Source of the DNA: Rariglobus sp. | Lineage (GTDB): Bacteria; Verrucomicrobiota; Verrucomicrobiia; Opitutales; Opitutaceae | Assembly (NCBI GenBank): GCA_044353465.1 | Contig: JBILBW010000001.1 | Span: 20,494-84,493 of the forward strand | DNA length: 64,000 nucleotides | Reading direction: 5' to 3' | Shown here: positions 18,651 through 27,183 of the stretch, one piece after another | Numbering within the stretch: position 1 is the first letter of the stretch | Layout: each line of letters starts with the position of its first letter | Program-made: the position numbers and the translations under genes | The notes under the pieces: generated by a model | Seen by the model: the letters and a program-made list of their open reading frames with translations, nothing else | The model's database searches: none | Told to the model about the DNA's origin: nothing

Positions 18651-19409
18651 ATGCCCTGGGCACCGATTTTAGTCATCATGATGGGCTCGCTGCGGGCCAT
18701 CGGGGTGGTGCTGGCCCTGCCGACGGTCGGGGGCCACCCGCTGCCGCCGATGTTGCGGGCGGCGCTGGCCTTTATGCTGGGCGGCCTGCTGGCCTCGGTC
18801 ACTCCCAACGCGGCGGTTCCCCCCACCGAGGCGCTGGTCGGTCTGGCGGGGGCGGCGATGCACGAAGTGCTGCTCGGACTGGCCATGGGGTTGACGATCC
18901 GCATGGTGCTGTCGGGGGCCGAGCTGGCCGGCCGGTTGATCTCGGGCGAGGTGGGCTTGATCGCCGCGCCCGGTTTTGATGTGCCGATCCCCGCGCAGGA
19001 ACCCTTACCCTCCTTTATGGGCTTCTTTGCCGGGTTGATGTTTTTCGCCCTGCACGCCCACGAGCAGGTGCTGGCGGCCTTTGCCCGGAGCTTTGTGATC
19101 GCCCCCCCAGGTCTGGGCGGGCTGAACCCGCACGCCGCCGAGACCCTCATGGGCGGTTTGGCGGAGTTGATGGAGCTGGCCCTGAGGATGGCGGCGCCGT
19201 TCATCGCGCTCAATTTCGTGATCACCTTCGCCTTTGCCATTCTCGGCCGGGCGGTGCCCAAGATGAACGTGTTTATCCTCAGCGGTGCCTTGCGCACCTT
19301 GCTCGGCATGACGTTGCTGGCGGGCGCCGGGGCGTTGTTTACCCGCTACCTCTCCGGGGCGTTTGATCGCCTGCCTTGGGCCCTGTTGGAGCTGGTGGCC
19401 CACCGCTAG
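18651..19409 (+). CDS. fliR: Flagellar export apparatus protein FliR
   Basis: This is a 252-aa polytopic membrane protein in the canonical position after fliQ. Confidence 0.9.
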   Translation: MPWAPILVIMMGSLRAIGVVLALPTVGGHPLPPMLRAALAFMLGGLLASVTPNAAVPPTEALVGLAGAAMHEVLLGLAMGLTIRMVLSGAELAGRLISGEVGLIAAPGFDVPIPAQEPLPSFMGFFAGLMFFALHAHEQVLAAFARSFVIAPPGLGGLNPHAAETLMGGLAELMELALRMAAPFIALNFVITFAFAILGRAVPKMNVFILSGALRTLLGMTLLAGAGALFTRYLSGAFDRLPWALLELVAHR

Positions 19410-19601
19410 AAACCGCCCGCTATCCCAACTCGCGTGCGGGCACCGGTTAAAAATCCCCGGCCCCCGTTTTTTTCCTTCGGTGGTTACAGTTGCGGCGGAA
19501 TGAACCGATTAGAAACACCAGCTCCCTTCGTCAGGCGACGCGGCCCGGTTCGCCTCGCGATCCGTTGATTTTAACTCAGTCACCTCCTCCCGAATTTTTT
19601 T

Positions 19602-21023
19602 ATGGCCCTCAATGTGAACCACAAGGTCAGTTTCCTTACCTGCACTGCCGGCTTGATCATCACCGCTCTGGTGGCCGTGGTCTATGCCCAGTTCACGGTT
19701 TTGACCGCCACCCGGGAGCACCTGGCTACCACCAATCAGCAACTCCACAACCACCAGATGGCCGATATGATGCACGACGCCTTGCACGCCGACGTGCTTT
19801 CGGCCGTGGACGCGTCCCGCCGGCGCGATGAGGCGGGCCGCGACCAGGCGCTGCAGACGGTCAAAGAGCACATCGCGATCATGCGGGAGCATTTGGACAA
19901 AAACAGCGCGCTGCAAATGCCGCCGACCGTGGCCGCGGCCCAGGCCGAGGTGGCCGCCCCGCTGGAGACTTATCTAAAGGAGGCGGAGGTCCTGGTCGGC
20001 CGAGCTTGGACGGATTTGGCCGCGGTCGAAACGGCCCAGCCCCACTTTTTGCACACCTTTGAGCAGCTGGAGGATTCCCTGGGGGCGGTGGGCGATTTGT
20101 ATGAGGCGGAGGGGGTGCGTTCTAACGCGGAATCGGCCGCCTCGTCGCAGCGCTTTCTCTACCTGCTGGGGATTGCCAGCCTAGGTGCGTTGGTGGTGCT
20201 CGTCGGGGTGGCTTACTGGGTGGCCCGCAGCATCCCCCGGCCGTTTGCCGGGGTGATCAACGAACTCAGCGCTTTGGCCGATGCCAATATTGTTTCCGCC
20301 CGCGAGGTGAACACCGCCAGTCAGAGCCTGGCTGAGGGGGCGAGTCAGCAAGCGGCCTCGTTGGAGGAAGTCTCTTCCACCCTGGAGGAACTGCTCAGCA
20401 TGACCAAGCGCAACGCCGACCATGCCCAAGGCGGCAAAACCTCTGCGGCCGCCGCCCGCGTCGCCGCCGAAACCGGCGCCCTGGAAATGGGGCGCATGCA
20501 GGCCGCCATGACCGCGATCAATCAGTCCTCCCTGGAAATCGCCAAAATCATCAAAACCATCGATGAGATCGCCTTTCAGACCAACATCCTCGCGCTGAAC
20601 GCGGCGGTAGAAGCCGCCCGGGCCGGCGAGTTCGGGGCCGGTTTTGCGGTGGTGGCTGACGAAGTCCGGTCTCTGGCCCAGCGTTCGGCCGCCGCCGCCC
20701 GGGAAACGGCCGACAAGATCGCGCTGGCCGGTGAGCGGAGTGCCCAAGGGATGCAACTGTCGGGTCGGGTAGCGGCCGAGCTCAGCTCGATTGTCACCCA
20801 GATCCGCGAGGTGGACCGCGTGGTGGTGGAGGTGGCCACCGCCTCCCATGAGCAGAAGGTCGGCTTGGAGCAAATCTGCACCACGATCACCCACCTCGAT
20901 CAGGCGACCCAAGCCAACGCGGCCACCGCCGAGGAGACCGCGACCGCTGCCAGCCTGCTCACCGAAAAATCCGCCGCTTTGCACTCCGCCAGTGCGCGTT
21001 TGGCCGCCTTGGTCGGCCGCTGA
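19602..21023 (+). CDS. Methyl-accepting chemotaxis protein
   Basis: Two TMs flank a helical sensor region. The conserved signalling hairpin reads [43 protein letters not shown]. Confidence 0.9.
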   Translation: MALNVNHKVSFLTCTAGLIITALVAVVYAQFTVLTATREHLATTNQQLHNHQMADMMHDALHADVLSAVDASRRRDEAGRDQALQTVKEHIAIMREHLDKNSALQMPPTVAAAQAEVAAPLETYLKEAEVLVGRAWTDLAAVETAQPHFLHTFEQLEDSLGAVGDLYEAEGVRSNAESAASSQRFLYLLGIASLGALVVLVGVAYWVARSIPRPFAGVINELSALADANIVSAREVNTASQSLAEGASQQAASLEEVSSTLEELLSMTKRNADHAQGGKTSAAAARVAAETGALEMGRMQAAMTAINQSSLEIAKIIKTIDEIAFQTNILALNAAVEAARAGEFGAGFAVVADEVRSLAQRSAAAARETADKIALAGERSAQGMQLSGRVAAELSSIVTQIREVDRVVVEVATASHEQKVGLEQICTTITHLDQATQANAATAEETATAASLLTEKSAALHSASARLAALVGR

Positions 21024-21088
21024 GGGGGGCGGCGCCCGGCGCGGTTTTTTAATAGGCCGCGGCCGACCAAGCCCCCACCGAGCGTGAA

Positions 21089-21232
21089 GTGAAAAACTAC
21101 GACCTGGATAAGGACGGTAAACTCGACGAGGCCGAGACGGCCAAGATGTGCGCCGATCAAAAGGCCCACCGGGAAAAGAAGGCCGCCGAAAAGAAGGCCC
21201 TCGCCGAGACTCCGGCCAAGTCAGCGGGCTGA
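21089..21232 (+). CDS. Possible 47-aa peptide with a single EF-hand-like loop (speculative)
   Basis: A GTG start gives VKNYDLDKDGKLDEAETAKMCADQKAHREKKAAEKKALAETPAKSAG. DLDKDGKLDEAE fits the 12-residue EF-loop pattern, and a strong terminator follows. No clear promoter was found. Confidence 0.3.
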   Translation: MKNYDLDKDGKLDEAETAKMCADQKAHREKKAAEKKALAETPAKSAG

Positions 21233-21246
21233 AAACGGTTTCTCCT

Positions 21247-21276
21247 GGCCCCGCCCCTGGGGCGGGGCCTTTTATT
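21247..21276 (+). terminator. Rho-independent terminator
   Basis: The hairpin ggccccgcc/ggcggggcc is followed by ttttatt. Confidence 0.7.
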
Positions 21277-21308
21277 GGGGGCGCGGAGGAGGCTTGGCCG
21301 GCCCGGGG

Positions 21309-21324
21309 TGGCACAGGTGATGCG
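21309..21324 (+). promoter_or_regulatory. Sigma-54-like -24/-12 element (weaker -12)
   Basis: TGGCACaggtgaTGCg has GG at 21310-21311 and GC at 21322-21323. It lies between two terminators with no ORF downstream. Confidence 0.35.
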
Positions 21325-21420
21325 AAATCACGAAGTCAGGCGCGCCGCCTGCCCCTTTTCCAATTTGCCCGCGCGCCGGGCGTCCCGCCGCGTGGACCAG
21401 CCTTCATAGCGGCACAATTT

Positions 21421-21451
21421 GCCGGGGCTTTAACCCGGCTGGATTTTTTTT
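21421..21451 (+). terminator. Rho-independent terminator
   Basis: The stem gccggg (loop gctttaa) cccggc is followed by tgga and a run of eight T. Confidence 0.6.
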
Positions 21452-21528
21452 GTAAAAAACCCCGATGTAAAGATTTTTAAAATTATTAAACGCTGTTAGT
21501 TAGTGACTTATGGCTGTTAAGCGGGGCT

Positions 21529-21544
21529 TGGCAGCGGGCTTGCT
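21529..21544 (+). promoter_or_regulatory. Sigma-54 type -24/-12 promoter upstream of flhB
   Basis: TGGCAGcgggcTTGCT has GG at 21530-21531 and GC at 21542-21543. An AT-rich tract at 21452-21510 lies just upstream. Confidence 0.6.
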
Positions 21545-21563
21545 ATCCGAGTGGTCTGATTCA

Positions 21564-22685
21564 ATGGCCGACGACGACAAAGACTCCAAGACCGAGGAAG
21601 CCTCGGGCAAGCGCCTGACGGAGGCGCATGACCAGGGGCAGTTCGCGCGTTCGGCGGAGTTGGGCGTGGTGTGTTCGCTGGCGGCGGCGTTTTTCGCGCT
21701 CAGTTTGGGGGCCACCAGTGGGGCGCGTGAGGTGGCCGAATACACCATCAGCGTGTTGTCCCACTTGAGCATCGACCAGTTGCAGCCCGGCCAGGTGCCC
21801 TTGCCGTTGGTGACGGCCGGCCGGGTGGTGGCCATCGTCCTGACCCCGATTCTCGTCGCCACGGTTGTGGCTTCGTTGCTCGCCGGTGGTTTGCAGAGCG
21901 GTTTCCAGCTCACCCCCGATGCGCTCGGGATCAAACTGGAAAAACTGAACCCGATTCCCGGCTTTCAGCGGCTGGTTTCCCAGCAGGTGTTGGTGCATGG
22001 GGTGGTTGATTTTGTGAAAATGGCGGCGATTGGAGGCTGTCTCTGGCTGGCGCTCAAGCAGTTGCTGGCCGACCCGCTCTTCACCACCCCGATGGAGGCG
22101 GCCTACCTCGGCCAGTTCTTGCTCGGCAGCATGCGTTCGCTGCTCTCCCGGCTGATGCTGGCCCTGGGCCTGATCGCCCTGATCAGCTACGCCTACGAGA
22201 AGTACAAAACCAGCAAGGACCTCATGATGACCAAGGAGGAGGTCAAGGAGGAGGCCAAGCAGGCTGAGGGTAACGCGTTGGTGAAGGGTGCGATCCGCCG
22301 GATGGCCCGCCGCCTCGCCCAGCGCCAGATGCTCGCCGCCGTGGCCACCGCCGATGTGGTGGTGACCAACCCGACCCACTACGCGGTGGCCCTTAAATAC
22401 GAGCGCGGGATCGACGCCGCCCCGATGGTGCTGGCCAAGGGCGAGAACGCCCTGGCCCGGCGTATCAAGGCCCTGGCCGCCGAGCACGAGGTGCCGATGG
22501 TGGAAAACCGCCCGGTCGCCCGCATGCTCTACGCCACCGCCACCGTCGGTGAGGCCATCCCCTCCGACCTCTACCAAGCGGTCGCCGGCATCCTGGCCTT
22601 CGTTTACCGCACCCACCGCTACTACTTCTACCGTCTGCCCAGCCGGCGCGCCGCCGTCGCCCAAACGGGAGGTTCCGCCCTATGA
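21564..22685 (+). CDS. flhB: Flagellar export switch protein FlhB
   Basis: The start MADDDKDSKTEEASGKRL matches the usual FlhB N-terminus. NPTH autocleavage (VVTNPTHYAVAL) is present. The track start at 21510 would overlap the predicted promoter. Confidence 0.9.
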   Translation: MADDDKDSKTEEASGKRLTEAHDQGQFARSAELGVVCSLAAAFFALSLGATSGAREVAEYTISVLSHLSIDQLQPGQVPLPLVTAGRVVAIVLTPILVATVVASLLAGGLQSGFQLTPDALGIKLEKLNPIPGFQRLVSQQVLVHGVVDFVKMAAIGGCLWLALKQLLADPLFTTPMEAAYLGQFLLGSMRSLLSRLMLALGLIALISYAYEKYKTSKDLMMTKEEVKEEAKQAEGNALVKGAIRRMARRLAQRQMLAAVATADVVVTNPTHYAVALKYERGIDAAPMVLAKGENALARRIKALAAEHEVPMVENRPVARMLYATATVGEAIPSDLYQAVAGILAFVYRTHRYYFYRLPSRRAAVAQTGGSAL

Positions 22686-24868
22686 GCGCCGCCCCCGCCA
22701 CCGCTCTGGCTCCTGCCGCCCCGGCGCTCTCTTCGGTGTTCCAGAAGCGCGCCGATTTGGTGTTCACCGTCTCCCTGTTCTCGACGGTAATGCTGCTGAT
22801 CATGCCGGTGCCAACCCTCGTGTTGGACCTGCTCTTGGCCATCAGCATCGGCTTCTCGCTGCTCATGATGATGATCGTCATCTACGTGCGCGAGCCCTCC
22901 GAGTTCTCCGGCTTTCCCACGATCCTGCTGGCCTTCACCCTGTTCCGGCTGGCCCTCAACATTTGTACCACCCGCCTCATTCTCACCAAGGGCGAGGCCG
23001 GCGGGGTGATCGAGTCGTTCGGCCACTTCGTTATTCAGGGTAACTATGTGGTCGGCTTCGTAGTCTTTATCATCCTGGTGTTGATCAACTTCGTGGTGAT
23101 CACCAAGGGCGCAGGCCGTATCGCCGAGGTGAGCGCCCGGTTCACCCTCGATGCCTTGCCCGGTAAACAGATGGCCATCGACGCCGAGCTCAACGCCGGC
23201 GTGATCGACGAGGTTTCGGCCACCGCCCGCCGCCTCAAGGTGCAAAAAGAGGCCGACTTCTACGGTGCGATGGACGGTGCCTCCAAGTTCGTGCGCGGTG
23301 AGGCGGTCGCCGGCATCATGATCACGTTGGTCAACGTGTTGGGCGGTTTCGCCATCGGCGTGATGCAAATGGATATGACCATGGCCGAGGCGCTGCAGAA
23401 GTTCACCCTGCTGTCGATCGGTGATGGTCTGGTTTCGCAGATCCCCGCTCTGGTGGTGTCGGTGGCAGCCGGTTTGCTCGTCACCCGCGCCGCTGGTAAC
23501 ACCGGCATGGGTGTGCAAATCGGCGGCCAGTTAATCGCTTATCCCCGCGCCCTGCGCGTGGTCGGGGTGATGTTGGCAGGCTTCGGCCTAATGCCCGGCA
23601 TGCCGATCCTGCCCTTCGCCCTGCTCGGCGGCATCGCCTACTATGTCGGCCACCAATGCGGCAAAGGTCGCCCCGACGAGTTCGCCGCCGCCCCCACGGC
23701 CGCGCTGCCCGCCGTCGCCGGCAAACCCGGCGACGCCGCCGCCAGCGGCGCCAAGTCGGGCGGCACCACCCCGGGCAACCCGAACATCCCCGAGGAGTTG
23801 CGCAAAGTGATCGACCAGGACGTGTTCGCCATCGAGGTCGGCTACGGGTTGTTGCCCCTGGCCGATGCCAATCGCGGCGGCGACCTGATCGCCCGCATCA
23901 CCGGGGTGCGCAAGAGCCTGGCCCGGGAGCGCGGCGTGATCGTGCCGCCCATCTCGGTGCGCGATAACCTGGAGCTGGAATCCAACGACTACCGGTTCCT
24001 CCTGCGCGGCAAAGCGGTCGGCCGCGGGGTGGTTTATGCCTCCCGCTGGATGGCCATGAACGTGACCGGCAGCCGGGTGGCCCTGCGCGGTACGCCCTGC
24101 CGCGAGCCGGTCTTCGGGTTGGAGGCGGTCTGGATTGAGGACAGCGAGCGCAAGGTCGCCGAGCTCAACGGCTTCACTGTGGTCGACGCGGCGTCGGTGG
24201 TGATCACCCATCTCTCCGAGGTGCTCAAAACCTCCGCCCATCACCTGATCGGCCGCCAAGAGGTGCAGACCCTGGTCGACCACGTCAAAGTCACCCACCC
24301 GGCGCTGGTGGCCGAGCTGCTCCCCGACCTGGTTGGCCTGGGCATCATCCAGCGGGTCATGCAAAACCTGTTGCGCGAAGGCGTGCCGGTGCTGGGCCTG
24401 CCGACGATCCTCGAAGGGATCGCCGATTTCGCCGGCACCAGCAAAAATCCCGACGATCTGAGCGAATTGGTCCGTCGCCGCCTGGGCATGTACTTTGTGG
24501 GCGATTATGAGAGCCGCCCCAACGTGATCCGCGCGCTCACCCTGGACCCGCGGCTGGAGCAGGCGCTGGCCTCCCGCGTGCACCGGACCCCGGGCGAAGT
24601 CGGCCTGGCCCTCGATCCGGTGCTCGGCCGGCACCTGCTGGAGCAGCTTTCCAAGGGCGCGGCCGCCCTCACCGAGAGCGGCGCCCCGTCGGTGGTCGTG
24701 GTGGGCGCCGAACTGCGCCTGCCCCTGCGCCGCTTTCTCGAGCCGTCCTTCCCCCGCCTTTCGGTGCTCGCCTACCAGGAGCTGCCCGCCGCCACCGAGG
24801 TGGAAAACGCCGGGATCATCCCCGCCCCGGCCAACCTCCTGCAACCGGCCCTAGCCCGCGCCGCCTAA
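22682..24868 (+). CDS. flhA: Flagellar export gate protein FlhA
   Basis: The 728-aa protein carries FHIPEP motifs (VITKGAGRIAEVSARFTLDALPGKQMAIDA) and a large cytoplasmic domain. Confidence 0.95.
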   Translation: MSAAPATALAPAAPALSSVFQKRADLVFTVSLFSTVMLLIMPVPTLVLDLLLAISIGFSLLMMMIVIYVREPSEFSGFPTILLAFTLFRLALNICTTRLILTKGEAGGVIESFGHFVIQGNYVVGFVVFIILVLINFVVITKGAGRIAEVSARFTLDALPGKQMAIDAELNAGVIDEVSATARRLKVQKEADFYGAMDGASKFVRGEAVAGIMITLVNVLGGFAIGVMQMDMTMAEALQKFTLLSIGDGLVSQIPALVVSVAAGLLVTRAAGNTGMGVQIGGQLIAYPRALRVVGVMLAGFGLMPGMPILPFALLGGIAYYVGHQCGKGRPDEFAAAPTAALPAVAGKPGDAAASGAKSGGTTPGNPNIPEELRKVIDQDVFAIEVGYGLLPLADANRGGDLIARITGVRKSLARERGVIVPPISVRDNLELESNDYRFLLRGKAVGRGVVYASRWMAMNVTGSRVALRGTPCREPVFGLEAVWIEDSERKVAELNGFTVVDAASVVITHLSEVLKTSAHHLIGRQEVQTLVDHVKVTHPALVAELLPDLVGLGIIQRVMQNLLREGVPVLGLPTILEGIADFAGTSKNPDDLSELVRRRLGMYFVGDYESRPNVIRALTLDPRLEQALASRVHRTPGEVGLALDPVLGRHLLEQLSKGAAALTESGAPSVVVVGAELRLPLRRFLEPSFPRLSVLAYQELPAATEVENAGIIPAPANLLQPALARAA

Positions 24869-24880
24869 GCCGAACCTGCC

Positions 24881-25918
24881 ATGTCCGCCCCCGCCTTCAC
24901 CCCCGCTGCCAGCGCCGCCCCCGGCACCTACCGTTTCGAGGTGGGTTCCACCGCCGAGGCCGTTTCGGTGATCCAAACCCAGCTCGGGCCCGAGGCCCGG
25001 GTGCTGTCGGTGCAGACCAGCCCGCGCCGTGGCCTCGGCCGGCTGTTCGGCTCGCCCCGGTTCACGGTGGTGGCCGAGCTGCCCGCCCCGGTCCAGCCTG
25101 AGCCCGCCCCGGTGGTGGCCGAGCGCGCCGAGTCGCCCTTGGGCGATAACCGCCTCGGGCTGGTCGCCGGCACCCGGTTGCCGCTGGTGCTGCGCCGGGC
25201 CGGCTTCCCCGAGCGCCTGATCGGTCGCCTGGAGTCCTCCCCCGGCTGGTCCCGGGCGCTCTCCCGTCCGTTGCACGTGGCGCTGGTGGACTTGTCGCGC
25301 GACCTGCGCGCGGCCGCCCGCCCCCTGCGGCCCCTGCCCGAACGCGTGGCCTTCCTCGGCGCCCCCGGGGTGGGGCGCACCACCGCCCTGTGCAAGTGGC
25401 TTTCACGCGAAGTCTTTATGCGCGGCCGCATGGGCCGGGTCTGGCGGGTGGAGTTCGGCCGCCCCAATCCCGCGCCGACCCTGGATGTGTTTTGCGAGGC
25501 GCTGGGCGTGCCGGTCGAGCATTACGCCCCCGGCATGGAGGAATGCCCCGCCGAGTTCCACCTCGCCGATCTGCCCTGCCTGCCCGCCGCCGGCACCCGC
25601 GAAGCCCGCGAACTGACCCAGTTCCTCGATAGGGAAAAATTTGCCGGGCGGGTGCTGGTGTTGAATGCCGCCTACGATGCGGAGGCGTTGCGCGCCGCCT
25701 ACGTCCGGGGCCGCGACTTCGGTGCCACCCACCTGGTCTGCACCCATTTGGACGAAACCCCGCGCTGGGGCCGGTTGTGGGAGTTCCTCATTGAGGGCGA
25801 GCTCTCACCGCTCTTCCTGAGCACCGGCCCCGGCCTGACCGGCGAAATCGAACTCGACGTGCTGGATCGGGTGTTGGCCCGCAGCTTGCCCCTAATGGGC
25901 GAGGAGGTCTCCGCATGA
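24881..25918 (+). CDS. flhF: FlhF-like SRP-type protein with degenerate GTPase motifs
   Basis: The call rests on position after flhA, the overall NG-domain layout, and the motifs GAPGVGRTT, DLPC and THLDET at the places where FlhF has GxxGxGKTT, DTAG and TKLDE. Confidence 0.75.
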   Translation: MSAPAFTPAASAAPGTYRFEVGSTAEAVSVIQTQLGPEARVLSVQTSPRRGLGRLFGSPRFTVVAELPAPVQPEPAPVVAERAESPLGDNRLGLVAGTRLPLVLRRAGFPERLIGRLESSPGWSRALSRPLHVALVDLSRDLRAAARPLRPLPERVAFLGAPGVGRTTALCKWLSREVFMRGRMGRVWRVEFGRPNPAPTLDVFCEALGVPVEHYAPGMEECPAEFHLADLPCLPAAGTREARELTQFLDREKFAGRVLVLNAAYDAEALRAAYVRGRDFGATHLVCTHLDETPRWGRLWEFLIEGELSPLFLSTGPGLTGEIELDVLDRVLARSLPLMGEEVSA

Positions 25919-26271
25919 AGTACGCGTTCCTTTTCTCCGGGGTGTGCGGCTTCGTGCTGGTGGGCGCGGTCGGCTACTGGGCCGAGCGCCCGTTTGATCT
26001 GGTGCTGCGCGATGCCGCCCTGGCTTGCCTCGGTTCGGCCCTGGTCGGCCGCTGGTTCTGGACCGTTTTGGACCGCGCTTTCGCCACCACCCTGGAAGCG
26101 CGCCGGGCCGAAGCTGAAGCGGCGGCCGCCGCCGAAGAAGCCGCCGAGGAGGCGGCCAAGAGCGTCGCCCAGAAGATCCCGTCCACCCCCTTATCCGCCA
26201 GTAAATCGACCCCGCCTCGCCCCTCGTCTGCCGCCGCGACGGCCTCCGGCCCCGCTGCAACCCACCGCTAG
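25915..26271 (+). CDS. Hypothetical small membrane protein (occupies the flhG slot)
   Basis: The 118-aa protein has two predicted TMs and an Ala/Glu-rich tail, and overlaps the flhF stop as ATGA. No ParA/MinD Walker motif is present. Confidence 0.5.
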   Translation: MKYAFLFSGVCGFVLVGAVGYWAERPFDLVLRDAALACLGSALVGRWFWTVLDRAFATTLEARRAEAEAAAAAEEAAEEAAKSVAQKIPSTPLSASKSTPPRPSSAAATASGPAATHR

Positions 26272-26295
26272 AACTCTCCTTAACCCGTTATTGCC

Positions 26296-27123
26296 ATGAA
26301 ATCCGCCACCCAGACCCAGCCCTCCGCCTCGACCGAGACCTTGACCGCCCCCGCCGTTGCCGCTCCCAGCGCGGGCACCTCGGCCTGGCGCGCCTATCAA
26401 TCCGCCGGTGGCACGGTGGATGAAAAGGAGCTGCTCGAGCGTTACCTCCCGCTAGTGCGCAACGTGGTCGACCGGCTCAAGCTGACCCTGCCCGCCCATG
26501 TCGATGCCGACGACCTGTACAGTGTCGGCGTGACCGGGCTGATCGCCGCGGTCCGCCGGTTCAACCCGGAGCAACAGCACACCTTCGCGGCCTACGCCTC
26601 CACCCGGGTGCGCGGAGCGGTGCTCGACGAACTGCGCCGCCTCGACTGGTTCCCCCGCCGCGCCCGGGCCAAGGCCCGCAAGATGAAGACCGCCATCGCC
26701 GAGCTTGAACAACGCCTCGGCCGCGCCCCCACCGACGAGGAGATCCGCACCCAGCTCGGCCTGAGCCTCAAAGAGTACAACCACTGGATGGTCGAGGTCC
26801 GCCCGATCAGCTTCGTGGCCATTGACGACAACGGCGAAACCGAGGACGGCGGCGGCACCAGCCGCCATGAGATGATCGCCGACGAGCAGGCCGTGCCGGT
26901 GCAACAAACGATGGAAAACGAAGAGATGGGGCAACTTGTCGCTCAAAAAATCCAGGAACTGCCCGATATACAGCGTCGTGTGCTCGCCATGTATTATCAC
27001 GAAAATATGCGCCTGGGCGAAATCGCCGCCGTGTTCGATCTCACCGAGTCGCGCATCTGCCAGATTCACGCCCGGGCCCTCCTCGGGCTGCGCGCCCAGC
27101 TTGAGCACGCTCGCAACCGCTGA
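26296..27123 (+). CDS. fliA: Flagellar sigma factor FliA (sigma-28 family)
   Basis: The regions present are 2 (DLYSVGVTGLIAAVRRF), 3 and 4 (LGEIAAVFDLTESRICQIHARAL). Confidence 0.9.
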   Translation: MKSATQTQPSASTETLTAPAVAAPSAGTSAWRAYQSAGGTVDEKELLERYLPLVRNVVDRLKLTLPAHVDADDLYSVGVTGLIAAVRRFNPEQQHTFAAYASTRVRGAVLDELRRLDWFPRRARAKARKMKTAIAELEQRLGRAPTDEEIRTQLGLSLKEYNHWMVEVRPISFVAIDDNGETEDGGGTSRHEMIADEQAVPVQQTMENEEMGQLVAQKIQELPDIQRRVLAMYYHENMRLGEIAAVFDLTESRICQIHARALLGLRAQLEHARNR

Positions 27124-27183
27124 GTTCCCCGCCCACCCGTCCTCCGAGTAGGGCCGGGAGTTTAATCCGCCCGCGTTTTCTCC

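Noticed and set aside
21011-21068. A GC-rich inverted repeat (ggtcggccgc ... gcggccgacc) with an internal T6 follows the MCP stop and could be a terminator.
   Set aside because: The arms are separated by about 38 nt and the T-run lies inside the loop rather than after the stem. It may attenuate transcription, but I cannot support a standard terminator call.
27124-27183. I looked for sigma-28 (FliA) promoters (TAAA-N15-GCCGATAA) upstream of motA, and also upstream of the MCP gene (19410-19601) and the flagellin gene (61590-61669).
   Set aside because: I found no convincing match with correct spacing by eye, so none is reported. A formal matrix scan might still find weak sites.
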